This document shows positions 12,434 to 25,204 of a DNA stretch of 64,000 nucleotides, one piece after another. Below the pieces are notes generated by a model. That model was not told the origin of the DNA. It did no database searches and saw only the letters and a program-made list of their open reading frames with translations. The translations under genes and the position numbers were made by a program. The DNA is taken from assembly GCA_003344405.1 (NCBI GenBank), contig NOWV01000029.1:434001-498000 (forward strand), written 5' to 3'. The stretch comes from Trichoplax sp. H2 (Eukaryota). Each line of letters opens with the position of its first letter. The stretch's first letter is position 1.

Positions 12434-14181
12434 AGCGATAGCTTTTATCGTAATACTGTATGCTGTGAATTTAGCCAATTCTATTAGTTTTTACCTCTTC
12501 TATACCTCGAATTCCCTTACAAGTGGTATATTACACCTATATTCATGTGCAGTTTGTACAAAACTATCCCTCTCTGGCCTAGAGTGTTGGATGTTAGTTT
12601 AGCACTAATAGGTAGAATATAGTAGCTATCTACGTACAATTTATTTGTGTACTTGGCAAATTTCTGCATCTTCTGTTACCTTGTATTTAAATTCGTTTCA
12701 GTATGTTATCTCTACTACATTTATCATTCGTTACATAATGCGATACTGTCAGACTTCGCCAAATGAAAATCGATAGGCATTAACAGTTAACTAATTAATT
12801 AACGAGACTGTAATAAAGTCTTAATTAAACTAAACCAAACTGTTGATGGGCAGCAGTAATACGGTTAATTCAGTAGATGATGCCTATTAACTGTGATTCT
12901 TATTTAGAAGATAATAAATGCGATTCTATAAGCTTTTAAAATACCACATGACTTTGTTTTCTTTCGATGCTAACAATGTCATACATAATGAGGCTTCTTA
13001 ACAACACGCATAATGCACTATTCGCTTCATCTGATTGGCATTACCAAATTACCATTCATTAGTTTAATTACATCAGATATTCAGCGGAAATTGTACTGGT
13101 GCTTTGGTAGCAGTTTCAATATACAATAACCACACAGTAATTGTTAGGTTAGATATGAAAAATGTTTTTAAGTGCCATTCCAGAAATTACTTTAATTCAT
13201 TCTTAGCAGTTATTATTAGCGTAGCGCCAACTTCAGTCTACGCTCTGTGAAGTGCAAATCTTTGAGGAACACAGTAAGGTTGTCTTATTCACTTTTGTAT
13301 TCTCTTAACAATTGTAAAATTTTGTAAATCAACGATTACGAGACTATGACTACATAGTACAGGACAGTCTTTAGGCCATAATTAATTTAATTAACTGAAA
13401 GACAATCATGCGTACAGTATATTTTTTCTAATTTTTAATCGTGGTTGATGGAAAGCTATAGTTAAAAATTTGAAAACATTCTGTATATGTGTTTACAAAT
13501 TGATTAGCTAGCTATTCATACATGTAAACATTTGCCATTATTAATGTACAAGGCATTTGTATACGAACATTGTGTATAACAGATGAATTATGCACACTTG
13601 TTACTACTAATTTATGCTAATTATATACGCCGTGAATTAGAAGTGACAGCTTCAATGCTTAACAAAATATACTCATATCGATATCGTTGTCATAGTAGTG
13701 ATGTATAATTGATACCGTAGTTTCTGTAGTGGAATTAAAATTTATTGTCATACAAAAAGTAAAACAGATTGCTATTAGTTACATTGCTGAGAATATTCAT
13801 AAGATACCGTACTAACTTATTGTAGAAATTTGTTTCTAACTTAAAAAAGATTTAGACCATGAATATTCTTGTTGGATATAACCAACAAGTTTATAATAGA
13901 AATTCATTTCGATCGATTATATTCATTGTTATAAGCGAAAATTTTACAAAATTTATCACAATGTAATAATTTTCAAATAAATTATGCGAGGTATATTTGG
14001 TAACAAAGCCAGTACATATAAGAAACAGTGATAGATCAGTGAATAGCTATCAGTTGTTACTAAGCTAATATGACACTACATTTACAGTGCCCTACATCTC
14101 TTATATGTGACATATTTTTATAAAATAATATCCCAAAATTTTTAAAGCCTATGTAAAACAAAAAAATGCCAAATTTTCGAT

Positions 14182-17100
14182 TTAATCTTCGTCATTAGTA
14201 TCGTCGGCAATATCATATATTGTATCATCTAGTTCAAATGAGTCCTGCTTTGTGCTATTTAAAACAATATAACTATCAGCACATGGGTATTGTTCTACCA
14301 TATTTGAACGTATTTTCTTTGTATCTTCACATTCGTCTCTATGAAGTGCAGCATATACTTGTAATTCATTTAAGTTATAAACGTTACAAACACAAAAGCT
14401 AGCCATTAGCGATAAACATATTTGATCCTTAGCCTCTAGTCGGCGCTTGTACGCTGTGTTGCCGACCCAGGTAAAGCTAGCTGTTAGACCAAAAGCTGTT
14501 GCTGCATCTCCAATTATAGTGTTTAAATTTTCTTCGGATTTTGATTTAGTTGAACTAAATTTTTAAGACATGAAAAATAAGTATGTATACTCTTGGGCCA
14601 GTCAACACTATAATGTATATACGACATAAATTATATCGAACTAACGTCTTATCCTTAGCTTTCGCTAAATTAATAAAGATATCCAGCGGCTCATCTCTAC
14701 AATTTTGCAATATTAAGGTCACAGGGATAATACATAGCCTAATAAAAATCAATCACTACATTTCAGAATATCCATTACTACGATACATGATGGCAACAAC
14801 GTTACGTAGTTGTATTGATATACCCTCACTACATATCTATTATACCTTTTATTATGAAAGTCGTGGTATACACTGGAAGGATGACGAAGTTTATATTTGA
14901 CCATTCTTTTGCGGAATTCATCCGCACTTTTAACTGACGGAGGGGTAGACGGCGCTAAATGTGCTGGGAGTGGTGGTCGACCAGGTGGCTATTCAGATAA
15001 AAGAAATCTTATAAGTTCAATCACTTTTTTAATAGTAATATCGCATTGAATCAACCTACTTTACTGCCTGGCTTTGGTTTTTCCATACTTCCAGTTGCTA
15101 TTCGCTTACGCTTTTCAGGTTCTTTTTGATTTACTGCCTCCTGTTTCGGCTTATCTTTATCATCATTTAGTGGTATAATGGTAGTTACAGGCACATGATG
15201 CTGACCAGTGATGGTTCGTCGAATACCGTCTACTTCGATATCAGACTTCAAATAGAATATAATGCTATAATAAAATCTGGCATAATGTAATTTGCATAAC
15301 AAGCGTAGATAAAGTAAATTTACCTCCCAAATTATGACTAAACCTAGTCGTATGTCAAATTTTTTTGACATTCTGCGACTACCAGTACCGGCTAATAATT
15401 TTTCGTTTTGATTAAACGATTTAACGGAAGGCTTATTAATATTCGGCATCAATGCATACCAACATCCAGAACGGAAGAAGAAATCGCTACATGGAGTAGA
15501 CAAACTGTCCAACTTTAAAGATAAGAACATGCATGATATTATTGTAGCTGATAGTAATCAATAAAATTTCCGAAAATTTAGTTCGAATTAGAGTAATAAA
15601 CCTACCTCGATATCATCTTTTAAAGATATGTTACTAAATAGGACCTGAATATCTTGGCAATCTTCATCATCAATAAAGCCTATTAAGATTATACAATATG
15701 TGTAAATATGTCAACTAATGCTACTTGATGCGTATTTTCAATTATCGAATCTAGTTAAACGTTTTTACCGTACCAGGATTCGAATTACGAGCTTTAAAGC
15801 ATAATAGTACTTTCTCTTTGGGAGTCACTGTGATATCTATTAAATTAACATATCATATAAACAATGTTTCAGCGGCATAGAAAGTCATTTTATATTCGCT
15901 AGCTATACTGTACTAGCACTTATGAAATACTGAGATACCACAATTTATTATTAATTCAGCTACCTTTATGATATGGCTGAATAGGGTAAATTGTCCAGTG
16001 GGGGCTTACAGATGATACTTGCATGATTCGGAAACTAAGCATTGTTGACTTTACACGCTGTAACTACAGTCATTCATATTAGTAAATTAAACATCTTTAA
16101 TTAAATTCTTGAAAGTTATTAAAAATGTATACCTACCTGGTATAAATTTTCAATATTCAACGATACAATAGCCTGATTGAGATCAATTCTAAAGTAGAGA
16201 TTACAACAGTTATAGCCAATGATTTTATTTTCTTGAATATTGAAAAAGATACTTCAAAAATAACCTGTCACTGACGCCAAGTTCATTTTCAGTATCGCCT
16301 TGGTAAGTGTTGCAGGCACAGGCCGTAATATTTAACGAAGAAGATATACTAACTAATGACACATGCTTAAGTATCCGATACCTAGTGCGATACATTTATG
16401 AAATCAGTCAAAAAAGTTTTGAAAAGCAAGCATTATAAACATTTACAATTGTAAATTACCCTAGTCGAGGATGGGGCTCTAACGGCTCATAGTAAAACAA
16501 AAAGTCTATTTCCTGAACCCCTGGAATAGCACTTCCTATAATCCATAACGGTAATTTTACCGAACATCCAGAAACCAATTTTGATTCTGGTAATGGGACT
16601 GCGATCACGTTAGTAATCTTTTTAGCTTTATTATGGCGAGTATGATATTTTATAACCGGAACTTTACTGTAAACGGTATCATTTTCCGACCAGTTATCTG
16701 GCTTATCGTCGCTAAAAGAGAATAATTCCGGGTATGATGAGGCAACATATAGATTATGTAAAGGACCACTACCAGTGTTGTAAAGCTCTACTGTGACTTG
16801 TTGAATTTCTCCACAAAGTAATCTCGATGGAAAGTTACAGAAGCTAACCTAGAGTTATTTACTGAGTTATTAGAAATAATTATAAAATCCTTAAGAATAA
16901 TTTACATATATTACCTCCAATAACGGCGCTGGAGCAACAACATTAAGATGTAATCGATTATCTGTTGCATAGACTACATTGAAGCGCTCATTCTCAGTAT
17001 TATTTAGTCGATTGCCAACAGGCCTTAGTTCTTGCTTGCCACATACACCGACACTACCCGTCATACGCTTTCCGGAACTGTCGAGTGCAAAAGAGTAATT

Positions 17101-20100
17101 GCTTAAGCGATATGTAATAGCACTAATTTCCAGCTCTCCAATCTTTAATGGACGAATGTACAGTTGAATCTGGGATATTAAAAATAGTATGTTAACATTG
17201 TGAAATATGGCTTTAAATAGCGGACAAATTACGTTTTAATTTACCGATTTTTCTTCGTTCTGAGCAAGCACAAAACTATCGATTACTTCGCTTTCAACAA
17301 AATTGTCATACTCCGTTGTATTCTAAATACCATTTACAACTCTTATTAATACTATTTCACCTAATGATGTAAACAATCGAAAAGAGTTACCTCGTTACTG
17401 ATAATTTTATTTTCTCCAAAAGTATCAGAATCGGTTTTACTAATGTGTCGCCAAATCAGTGTAACATCGCCAAGAAATAATGAAATTTTCAATGGGTTTT
17501 TGACAACAATTTCTACGACGATATATTCTGAATATGAAATGAAAGTAAGACTAAAGTAAATACAAATTCGTAACGTTTTGCTTTGTACAGTATATTGTAT
17601 ATTCTATATTCATGAAAAAATAAATTTTATATTAAGCCAACCTCCCACAACTGCTGCTGGTTTATAACTGTTGTTAGTTTTCGAGCTAAAAAGTTGAATA
17701 CTTGGTCTAAAGTTTGCCAATGAATGTTTATCGCGCTTTGTTTTCCCAAATACTACAGCTTCTTCCAATGATGCCCAACTTTTAGCACGTAATGGATCAA
17801 AACGTTGAGTTAACGTTACCGATGATGCACGGACGATGTCGGTTTCATCTTTTCTATCTCCTAGAGTATGAGATGAAATTGATAAAAGTAATCAGATTCC
17901 TATGTGCATTTCAAACTTGAAAGCAACTAGTACTTAAGATGCATTGTAAGCCAATAAAAGCATACGGACAAAAAAATTACCTTGTGTAATACATTCCTCT
18001 TTAGAGTTTGTCAATAAAACCCTTGTTGAATTTTGTATAATAATTGGAAGAGGAAGAATTGGAAGTGGTGCACGCGTAGGAGGTGCTTGTACATCAGGTA
18101 CAAGGCTATTGAATTCATTATACTTTTCGACTTGTGTTAAGTATTGCTATTTGATAGAAATAGTGAATTAATCGAAAGTTAATGACTTACAGAAAACAAC
18201 TTTCGATCGTAAAAAACGCATCAATTAAGCAATAATATTATTGTAATGTACCTTATACACATTTAAAAACTCTCGTAGGAATAAATTTTGTTGATTTGCT
18301 GGTTGTAAACATTTATGATTAAATAAACTCCTAAATGCTTCAAGAGCATTGGACAGATCTCGAAGGGTATATGAATGTCGGCCAATGGTAAAATTGATAT
18401 GATCCTAATAAATTATCAAGGGTAAGGGATTCAGCTATGGCATAAATTTACGAATCTTTTCCAGCCATTTACACATACAAGTATTGATCTATGTACGGTA
18501 CCTCCGCTAGGTGCCATGCTTTCTTTTTATAGGTCTGTAAAGCCAACTTGTAACAACTCAAGGCATGTGTTCTCTAAATTCGGAGGTAATACTATTAAGA
18601 CAGATCAAGATCTACAAGAGATAAAATTAAAAGGTATGTATACTCACTTGGCCAGATTTACTGAATCTATGACCAGCTAGAATTAAGTGAAAAGCACACT
18701 TTCTTTTCATGGGTGGTTTAGCTAGGTTAAAACAGTAGGCGGCTTGCTCTAGTAGAAGTGAACTACGAAGATCGAAATCCTATCATAGAAACACACGTAC
18801 GCAATTTATTATCTTACAAATCCAACTATTACAATTTAATAATAGTAATTGCAATCATACATCATTAAGCATTACCTCACTAGTTACTCTTATATATGCT
18901 TGAGCTGCATCGTTATTCAATCCCTTAGCTTTCATAATTTCAGTACTTAGGAAAGTGCAACGTGTTGCATACAAAGGAAGTCTATGGCGAAAAGAATTTA
19001 ATGCATTTCATTGTTACTATGGCTCTACATCGATGATATTATACATGCATGCATCCATAATAAACTAGGTACAGTATCTTACTTGCAAGTACTTAGGTAA
19101 GTGCCTATAGCACTCTCCATGTAATGCATTGGATAAGGCTTTTGTGCAGAATTTAGCATAAAATTTGATACAGCCGCCATTTCCTGTTCAACATAATAGC
19201 CGTATCAACAAATTATCTTTCTGGCACGATTAAAGAGAATTTTTTTATTTTTTATTTTAACACGCTAGTTCATACCGCTACTCCAGCAAATTGCAGCCAA
19301 GCATGATCGGTATTGAATTCTTTTTTTGCAGAATGATAAAATGTATAGGCAAGATCGTAATGTTGGAGCAAAAACGCAAGATCAGCGAGACGTCTCATTT
19401 GCATTTCATGTGAATCACCAGCGTATCTATAATTAATCAATTAGTGAAATTAACATATTGCGCGAATACTGTTGTCTAATTACGAATTGATAAGAAAAGG
19501 GTACATACGCTACTTCCGGTAGTCCAGACTGACTATTAGTACTTGCAGTTGGCTTGTTGCCACCAAACCACTTTTTCGTAACGCTAAAAAATTTACCATG
19601 TAATCCTTTCCGGGCATTGACCTAGTCAAAACGCGATGGACGTTAATAGCAAGTAGTATATATTTATGAGTATTATCAATTTAGGATACGGTATGAATCT
19701 ATTACCTGTTCATACAATGTTCGAAGCATGTATTCAAGATATGGGTATAAGCCTCTGACAATAAAATCGTGTATAAAATTGCGCAGTCTATCATGATCAC
19801 TTAAAGTTAAGCAGATTCCATATTTAGTTCTATCGGCATCCGCTGCTACTCCATCAAGTTGATATTGATCACCAGCTAAATGCTCATTAGAATTGGTCAT
19901 TTCACTGTCAGTGGACAGAGACGATCCCAATACTGAGAGAGTTGGCGGTCGCTTTAATTCTTTGATTATTGGCGATTGCTTACCAGGTAGAATATTTGAA
20001 TTAGAAGTATCAAGTGGTTCAAGTGACTATATTGAATCAAAATTAAAATTAATTAGGTTCATTAATCACCTTGAAAAGGGAATTTAAAATTTAGTAAGAC

Positions 20101-22029
20101 ATTTTTTTCGACTTATGTAATCATCATTACCAGCTTATCATGCATATATTGACTCCATGGGTCAGGAACATTAACTGAATTTCCCATGTTGTCATTTTCA
20201 TTATGTTGTTTTGTGTTAATTTTAAGAAAATGACAGGAGTTAACTCCGTAGGCAGCACGTAAACTCTCCCAAAGAGCTTCAGCTCTAAAATTTAATAAAT
20301 AGAATATAATAAGAATGAGCGACGGCTTTTATACTTGTCACTTTCTTTAGTAAGGGAGATCATTGAATACGATGTTATTTCATTTTATAATATCCGTACT
20401 TTTGATCGTCACCATTAGCACAATCATGGATTAATACGAAATAGTGCAAAGTACTGGGGAAAAACCATTTGGGTTGGCTACTTTGCTTTTGTCGTTGCAT
20501 CTGATCAGCTACCATTTTTCTGTAAGCTTCCATGGCATCAGGATTAGACGAGGATACCACAATCATACCTATGATAGCATTTTATTGTAGCTAAGGAACG
20601 CTACTTAGTACATGTTAATTTGTATTTTAGCTAGTCAACAAGTACATAAAGTAAACTTGGGTAACGATTGTCCATATTAGAAGTGCATCATTCGGACGTT
20701 TTGGATTCTTTCTACGGGTATTTAAAAGCTACTATGGACCGGTATCTGAAGTACTGTCTCTCGATATATACACGAATTCTAGGATACAAGCAATAAAGTT
20801 GCGGATAAATTCATGATCAGATAATGGTAAATACTGAAAGAAATAATCCCGGTAGGCATCGAACCAAGGAGCTCTTCCTAAAAAGATATCATGATGGAAG
20901 ATATTATAAATTGCAGTTGGAATAATATGGATGATAAGATCAGTACAAGGTTTAGGCTATTAAAATGAGCCATTATGGCCGTAATCTTATTATGACTACT
21001 TTCTATATTAAAAGAGTTATAAAATGAACATTAATCATCCATGTAGAGCGTTCAAAATCTCTTCTTCTGACTAATTTCTAGCTCAGTAAGTCATGTAACA
21101 AGCACACAAGTGAAATCAAGAAGAGGCAATAACATCTCAAGCCAACTCATGTTGATAATGATGCAGACATGCTGATTAAAAAACAAAGTACAGTATTCTA
21201 AAGATGTTTCAAATCAACATGAATGCAACGGATTACGGGCGATGAAGTGTTTACCTCTAACATAGTGACTAATTGAAATGCAATAAAATTTCACTAATGA
21301 CGACGACTTGGAAGTTATGGAGAGATAGGGTATCCTGGAGAATCTGTACACATCAAGATTTTTAGGTACAGGGTCTATAGGGCATCCATTCATGCATAAT
21401 GATTTGAGTTTCGTTACTCAATACACGCACATAATATAGTCTATTGTATAAGAACTGGTAAGCCAAGTAGACAGTATGGTGGTGTATTCTGTCATCTGCT
21501 GCAATTTTTTACACTGTAAAGAGGCTATTTTGCTACAAGGTGGATATCTAGAAGAAATCACTGTCGACATGTTTTGACTACTAACCTATTGATTCAGTAG
21601 AAGGTGGATGCCTACTGACTGCATCGCTCATCATTTTGCGGGCCATAGCAGATGGAACAAATTGGTTGGAAAAGTACATTATTCGGAAATTGGGATTCCT
21701 GACGACATGTAACAAATTGGATGGATCTTTTATCCTGCCTATAATCGACAACGATAGAATAACTATAAGTCTATTGGATTGGATAGGATTCTATCCATGT
21801 GATCATTGGTATGATTAAAAAGTTATCCATAATGCTGTATCGGGTTAGTATCATGATGAAGAAATAGGATTATACCTTCCAATGTTGGCTTGCAAAATGG
21901 TCTCAATAAATCGACGAAAGATAAATTGTTTTTACGACACACGGCTTCGGCGTCATCGCTGCACATAGCAGCGATGTGAAAAGGGAAAGCCGATTGTATA
22001 ATTTCGTAAGCACTTTGAGTTGAAACCAT
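14182..22029 (-). CDS. TRAPPC8: TRAPP III complex subunit TRAPPC8 (Trs85), many short exons
   Basis: N-term MVSTQSAYEIIQSAFPFHIAAMCSDDAEAVCRKNNLSFVDLLRPF; PWFDAYR...DHEFIRNFIACMIVVSSS...PKWFFP; LTLSDHDRLRNFIHDF; C-term FTWVGNT...CNVYNL. All match the recalled TRAPPC8 sequence in order. Not every internal exon boundary was checked. Confidence 0.93.
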
Positions 22030-22939
22030 TTTCCTACTTGGATCTATTCACATCAACTTATAATACTCAATTAGTTGGATGGAATCATTAAAACTGTCTA
22101 CTACTGCGACATGGTCCAATAATCATCAGAGGCCATCTTCTGGAAAGAACTATCGCACAGGTAGAGAAATCAGCGTGAGTGCGCATACTCGCTGTCATGC
22201 TCAGTCTGCTCCTACCATAATAATAGAGTTGGAGATGATGGTGGATTGCAAATCCATCTTGAAGACGCCAGTGTTGTTATACACTGTCGTATCTAGTCCA
22301 GTAGTCCATGAAACAGTATACTACATATAGGCAGTCCTAGTCTGCTAGAGAAATCATTGCAGCCCCCAAAGTTTGGAGGAGGTAAATTATTGATTTCTGG
22401 AGGAGTCTTTGCACTATCTTGATGGTTTTATGGACGTAGCACTAGTGTGCAAGAGATTGCAGGCCTAATGCAGTGCTCTGATCGTACTGTACAGACATAG
22501 ATGATGGTGTAAGGCCTTTGAAATAGATTTTACCTCCGTCAATACTTCCCCTTTGCGACTGTATTTTGACTGACAGTGATCATTTTAGTGCTAGTTTCCT
22601 AACTGTTCTAGGCATGCATTTCGATTTTTCTCTTCTTTACAGTTCCAATAGGAATGTTCTCATGCAGTCATCATCATTTGTGCAACCTACTGATGGCTTG
22701 ATCACTGTCTACACTAGCGATCACTTTATTTCGTTGTACAGTAGGACGATTGCCAATATACACTACTGTGTTGTATAGGCATTAAGACCTATAGTATACG
22801 GTGGTAAACAGTTTAAGGTAGACGTATGATGTCAGACTGCTACTGCATACTATACTGTAGTAGGTTTACTGTATCGCTTCCGTTTGTTACTCAAAATAAA
22901 TCACTGCTACTCCAAAGCCACAAATTATTTATTTTAAAT

Positions 22940-23507
22940 CTTGTTCTTGATGAACGAGTTTTAGCGTAGTCTATCCGCTTAATCACTTTGTTCATACCAT
23001 CATCAATCAGAGTCCAAATTAAAATATTTTGATCGATTTTATTCTTGTTCTTGATGAACGAGTTTTAACGTAGTCTATCCGCTTAATCACTTTGTTTATA
23101 CCATCATCAGAGTCCGAATTAAAGTATTTTGATCGATTTTATTCTTGTTCTTGATGAACGAGTCTTAGCATCATCAATCAGAGTCCAAATTAAAACATTT
23201 TGATCGATTTTATTCTTGTTATTGATGAACGAGTCTTAGTCCGCTTAATCACTTTGTTCATACCATCATCAGAGTCCAAATTAAAATATTTTGATCGATT
23301 TTATTCTTGTTCTTGATGAACGAGTTTTAACGTAGTCTATCCGCTTAATCACTTTGTTCATACCATCATCAATCAGAGTCCAAATTAAAATATTTTGATC
23401 GATTTTATTCTTGTTCTTGATGAACGAGTCTTAAGTCCGCTTAATCACTTTGTTCATACCATCATCAATCAGAGTCCAAATTAAAATATTTTGATCGATT
23501 TTATTCT
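22940..23507. repeat. Minisatellite, ~6 copies of a ~104-bp unit with internal deletions (71-104 bp)
   Basis: cttgttcttgatgaacgag(-like) recurs at 22940, 23044, 23144, 23215, 23306 and 23410. Confidence 0.95.
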
Positions 23508-23549
23508 TTCCATGCTGTTCTTCAATGAGACGATCATTATAGGATTGCC

Positions 23550-24060
23550 CTATGCATGACACAATCACAATATTAATCCACCGTCCATCACTGTCCAGCT
23601 GAAATGTCTTCACGTCCAATGCTATAGTACGAATAGATCGTTCTTCCTACTGAAAGATACGATCATTCATAACAGGATCAGAGTAGAAATGGAAGTGTCT
23701 TCACTTGCGATGTTTTCTTTCCATGTCGTTCTACTTACTGAAAGATACGCTCACCATAATAATAAAATACAATCCCTATTTATAATAATACGATCCCACC
23801 CATTTTGCATGACACAATCACCACATTAAATACTACCATCCATCATCGTATCATAGTACAAATAAAAATGTCTTCACTTGCTATTCCATCTTTCTACTTA
23901 AAGGATCATCCTACTTACATGACACAATTACTATATTAAACACCATCATCCATCATAATAGAAATGAAAATGTCTTGACTGAAATAGACACGTACGGATA
24001 ATACTGTAATTAGAATTAGAATTCCAACACCACCAGCCATCATCATTAGAAATCAAATAT
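23550..24060. repeat. Older, degenerate repeat units related to the adjacent minisatellite
   Basis: catgacacaat...ccatca...aaatgtctt recurs at about 23555, 23808 and 23918. Confidence 0.7.
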
Positions 24061-25204
24061 CAATTTGGCATATTTCATAATACTGGATGCTATTATTGCT
24101 ACTAAAATATCACCCAAGCTTAATTACTAACCAATCAAAATGAAAATATCTGGGTATTTTATTATTTCACCTAGGAAGGATTGTACAATTTATCCTATTA
24201 ATATTATTGTACCTAATCATATAAATATGGTGTTGATAAGGTGATCGATTGACTATTGTCATTCTGGATGAGATTGAAAAAAAATTGCTAATCTTCATTA
24301 TACGAGTATAGATATCACCACCATGATTTTACTAATAGAAATGCTCTACACTAGCAATAAAATCAATTTCGATCCTGCTAACTCTACACTATCGATGATG
24401 GTCCGCAAGTTATGCCATCGTATATATGCACATATTGAGGAGTAGTAGAGAATGCATAAATTAGCAGTATGGTGGTATTATTGTTATTGATCATTGGCAA
24501 TTTCGAATGTCGTTATTATATTTTCTCCACTCAAACAACAGTTTACAGTCCTAGTGTACTCATCAAAAATCTCACAAGAGTTCCCACCTGCTTGGATAAT
24601 AAGCAGTATAATGATACAGTAGCTGTGAAATTATAGTTCTAAAACTTCTAATATAAAAACTCCTACAGTGTTATTAATATGCCTATCACAACGATACTGT
24701 ATCCTACTAAGATCATGTCTGCCTATTTTACACCTACTACGCAATACTAATACACTACTAGAAGAAGTCAATTTAGTCACGCTGTTGTTCTTTATTTAGC
24801 CTTCGAACTCCTTCCTACCGATGACCATTCCAAGTCAACAATTCTTTTCGTTTTATTAATGTGATACACTCGAATTGAATTTTACCGACCTATTTATCCA
24901 AGTGATTTTACCCTTGCTGGCTAGCCAACTTGTCACAATTGATTAAGCGATACGAGTCATGGTGCAATATTAACCCTACAACAGTTTTTTCTTCGTCGAT
25001 TGTCGACAACATCATGTTGAATTAATACCAATCAAACATTAATGAACTGATAAAAGGCAGAGGTGTTACTAGTGAACTTGAAAGAAAAAAGTATACAGTA
25101 GTATTGCTACCATTTCGACGTCTAACACAGTACGGTGAAGAGAAAACTTCTGAATTCTAGAAAGAAAGTAATTAGACAAGGAATCGATTGCCCAGTCAAT
25201 CAAC

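Noticed and set aside
22940..23507. Possible CRISPR array or clustered C/D snoRNAs (TTGATGA in each unit)
   Set aside because: Eukaryotic context, units are wholly repeated with no unique spacers, no cas genes, and no properly placed D box or terminal stem on the same strand
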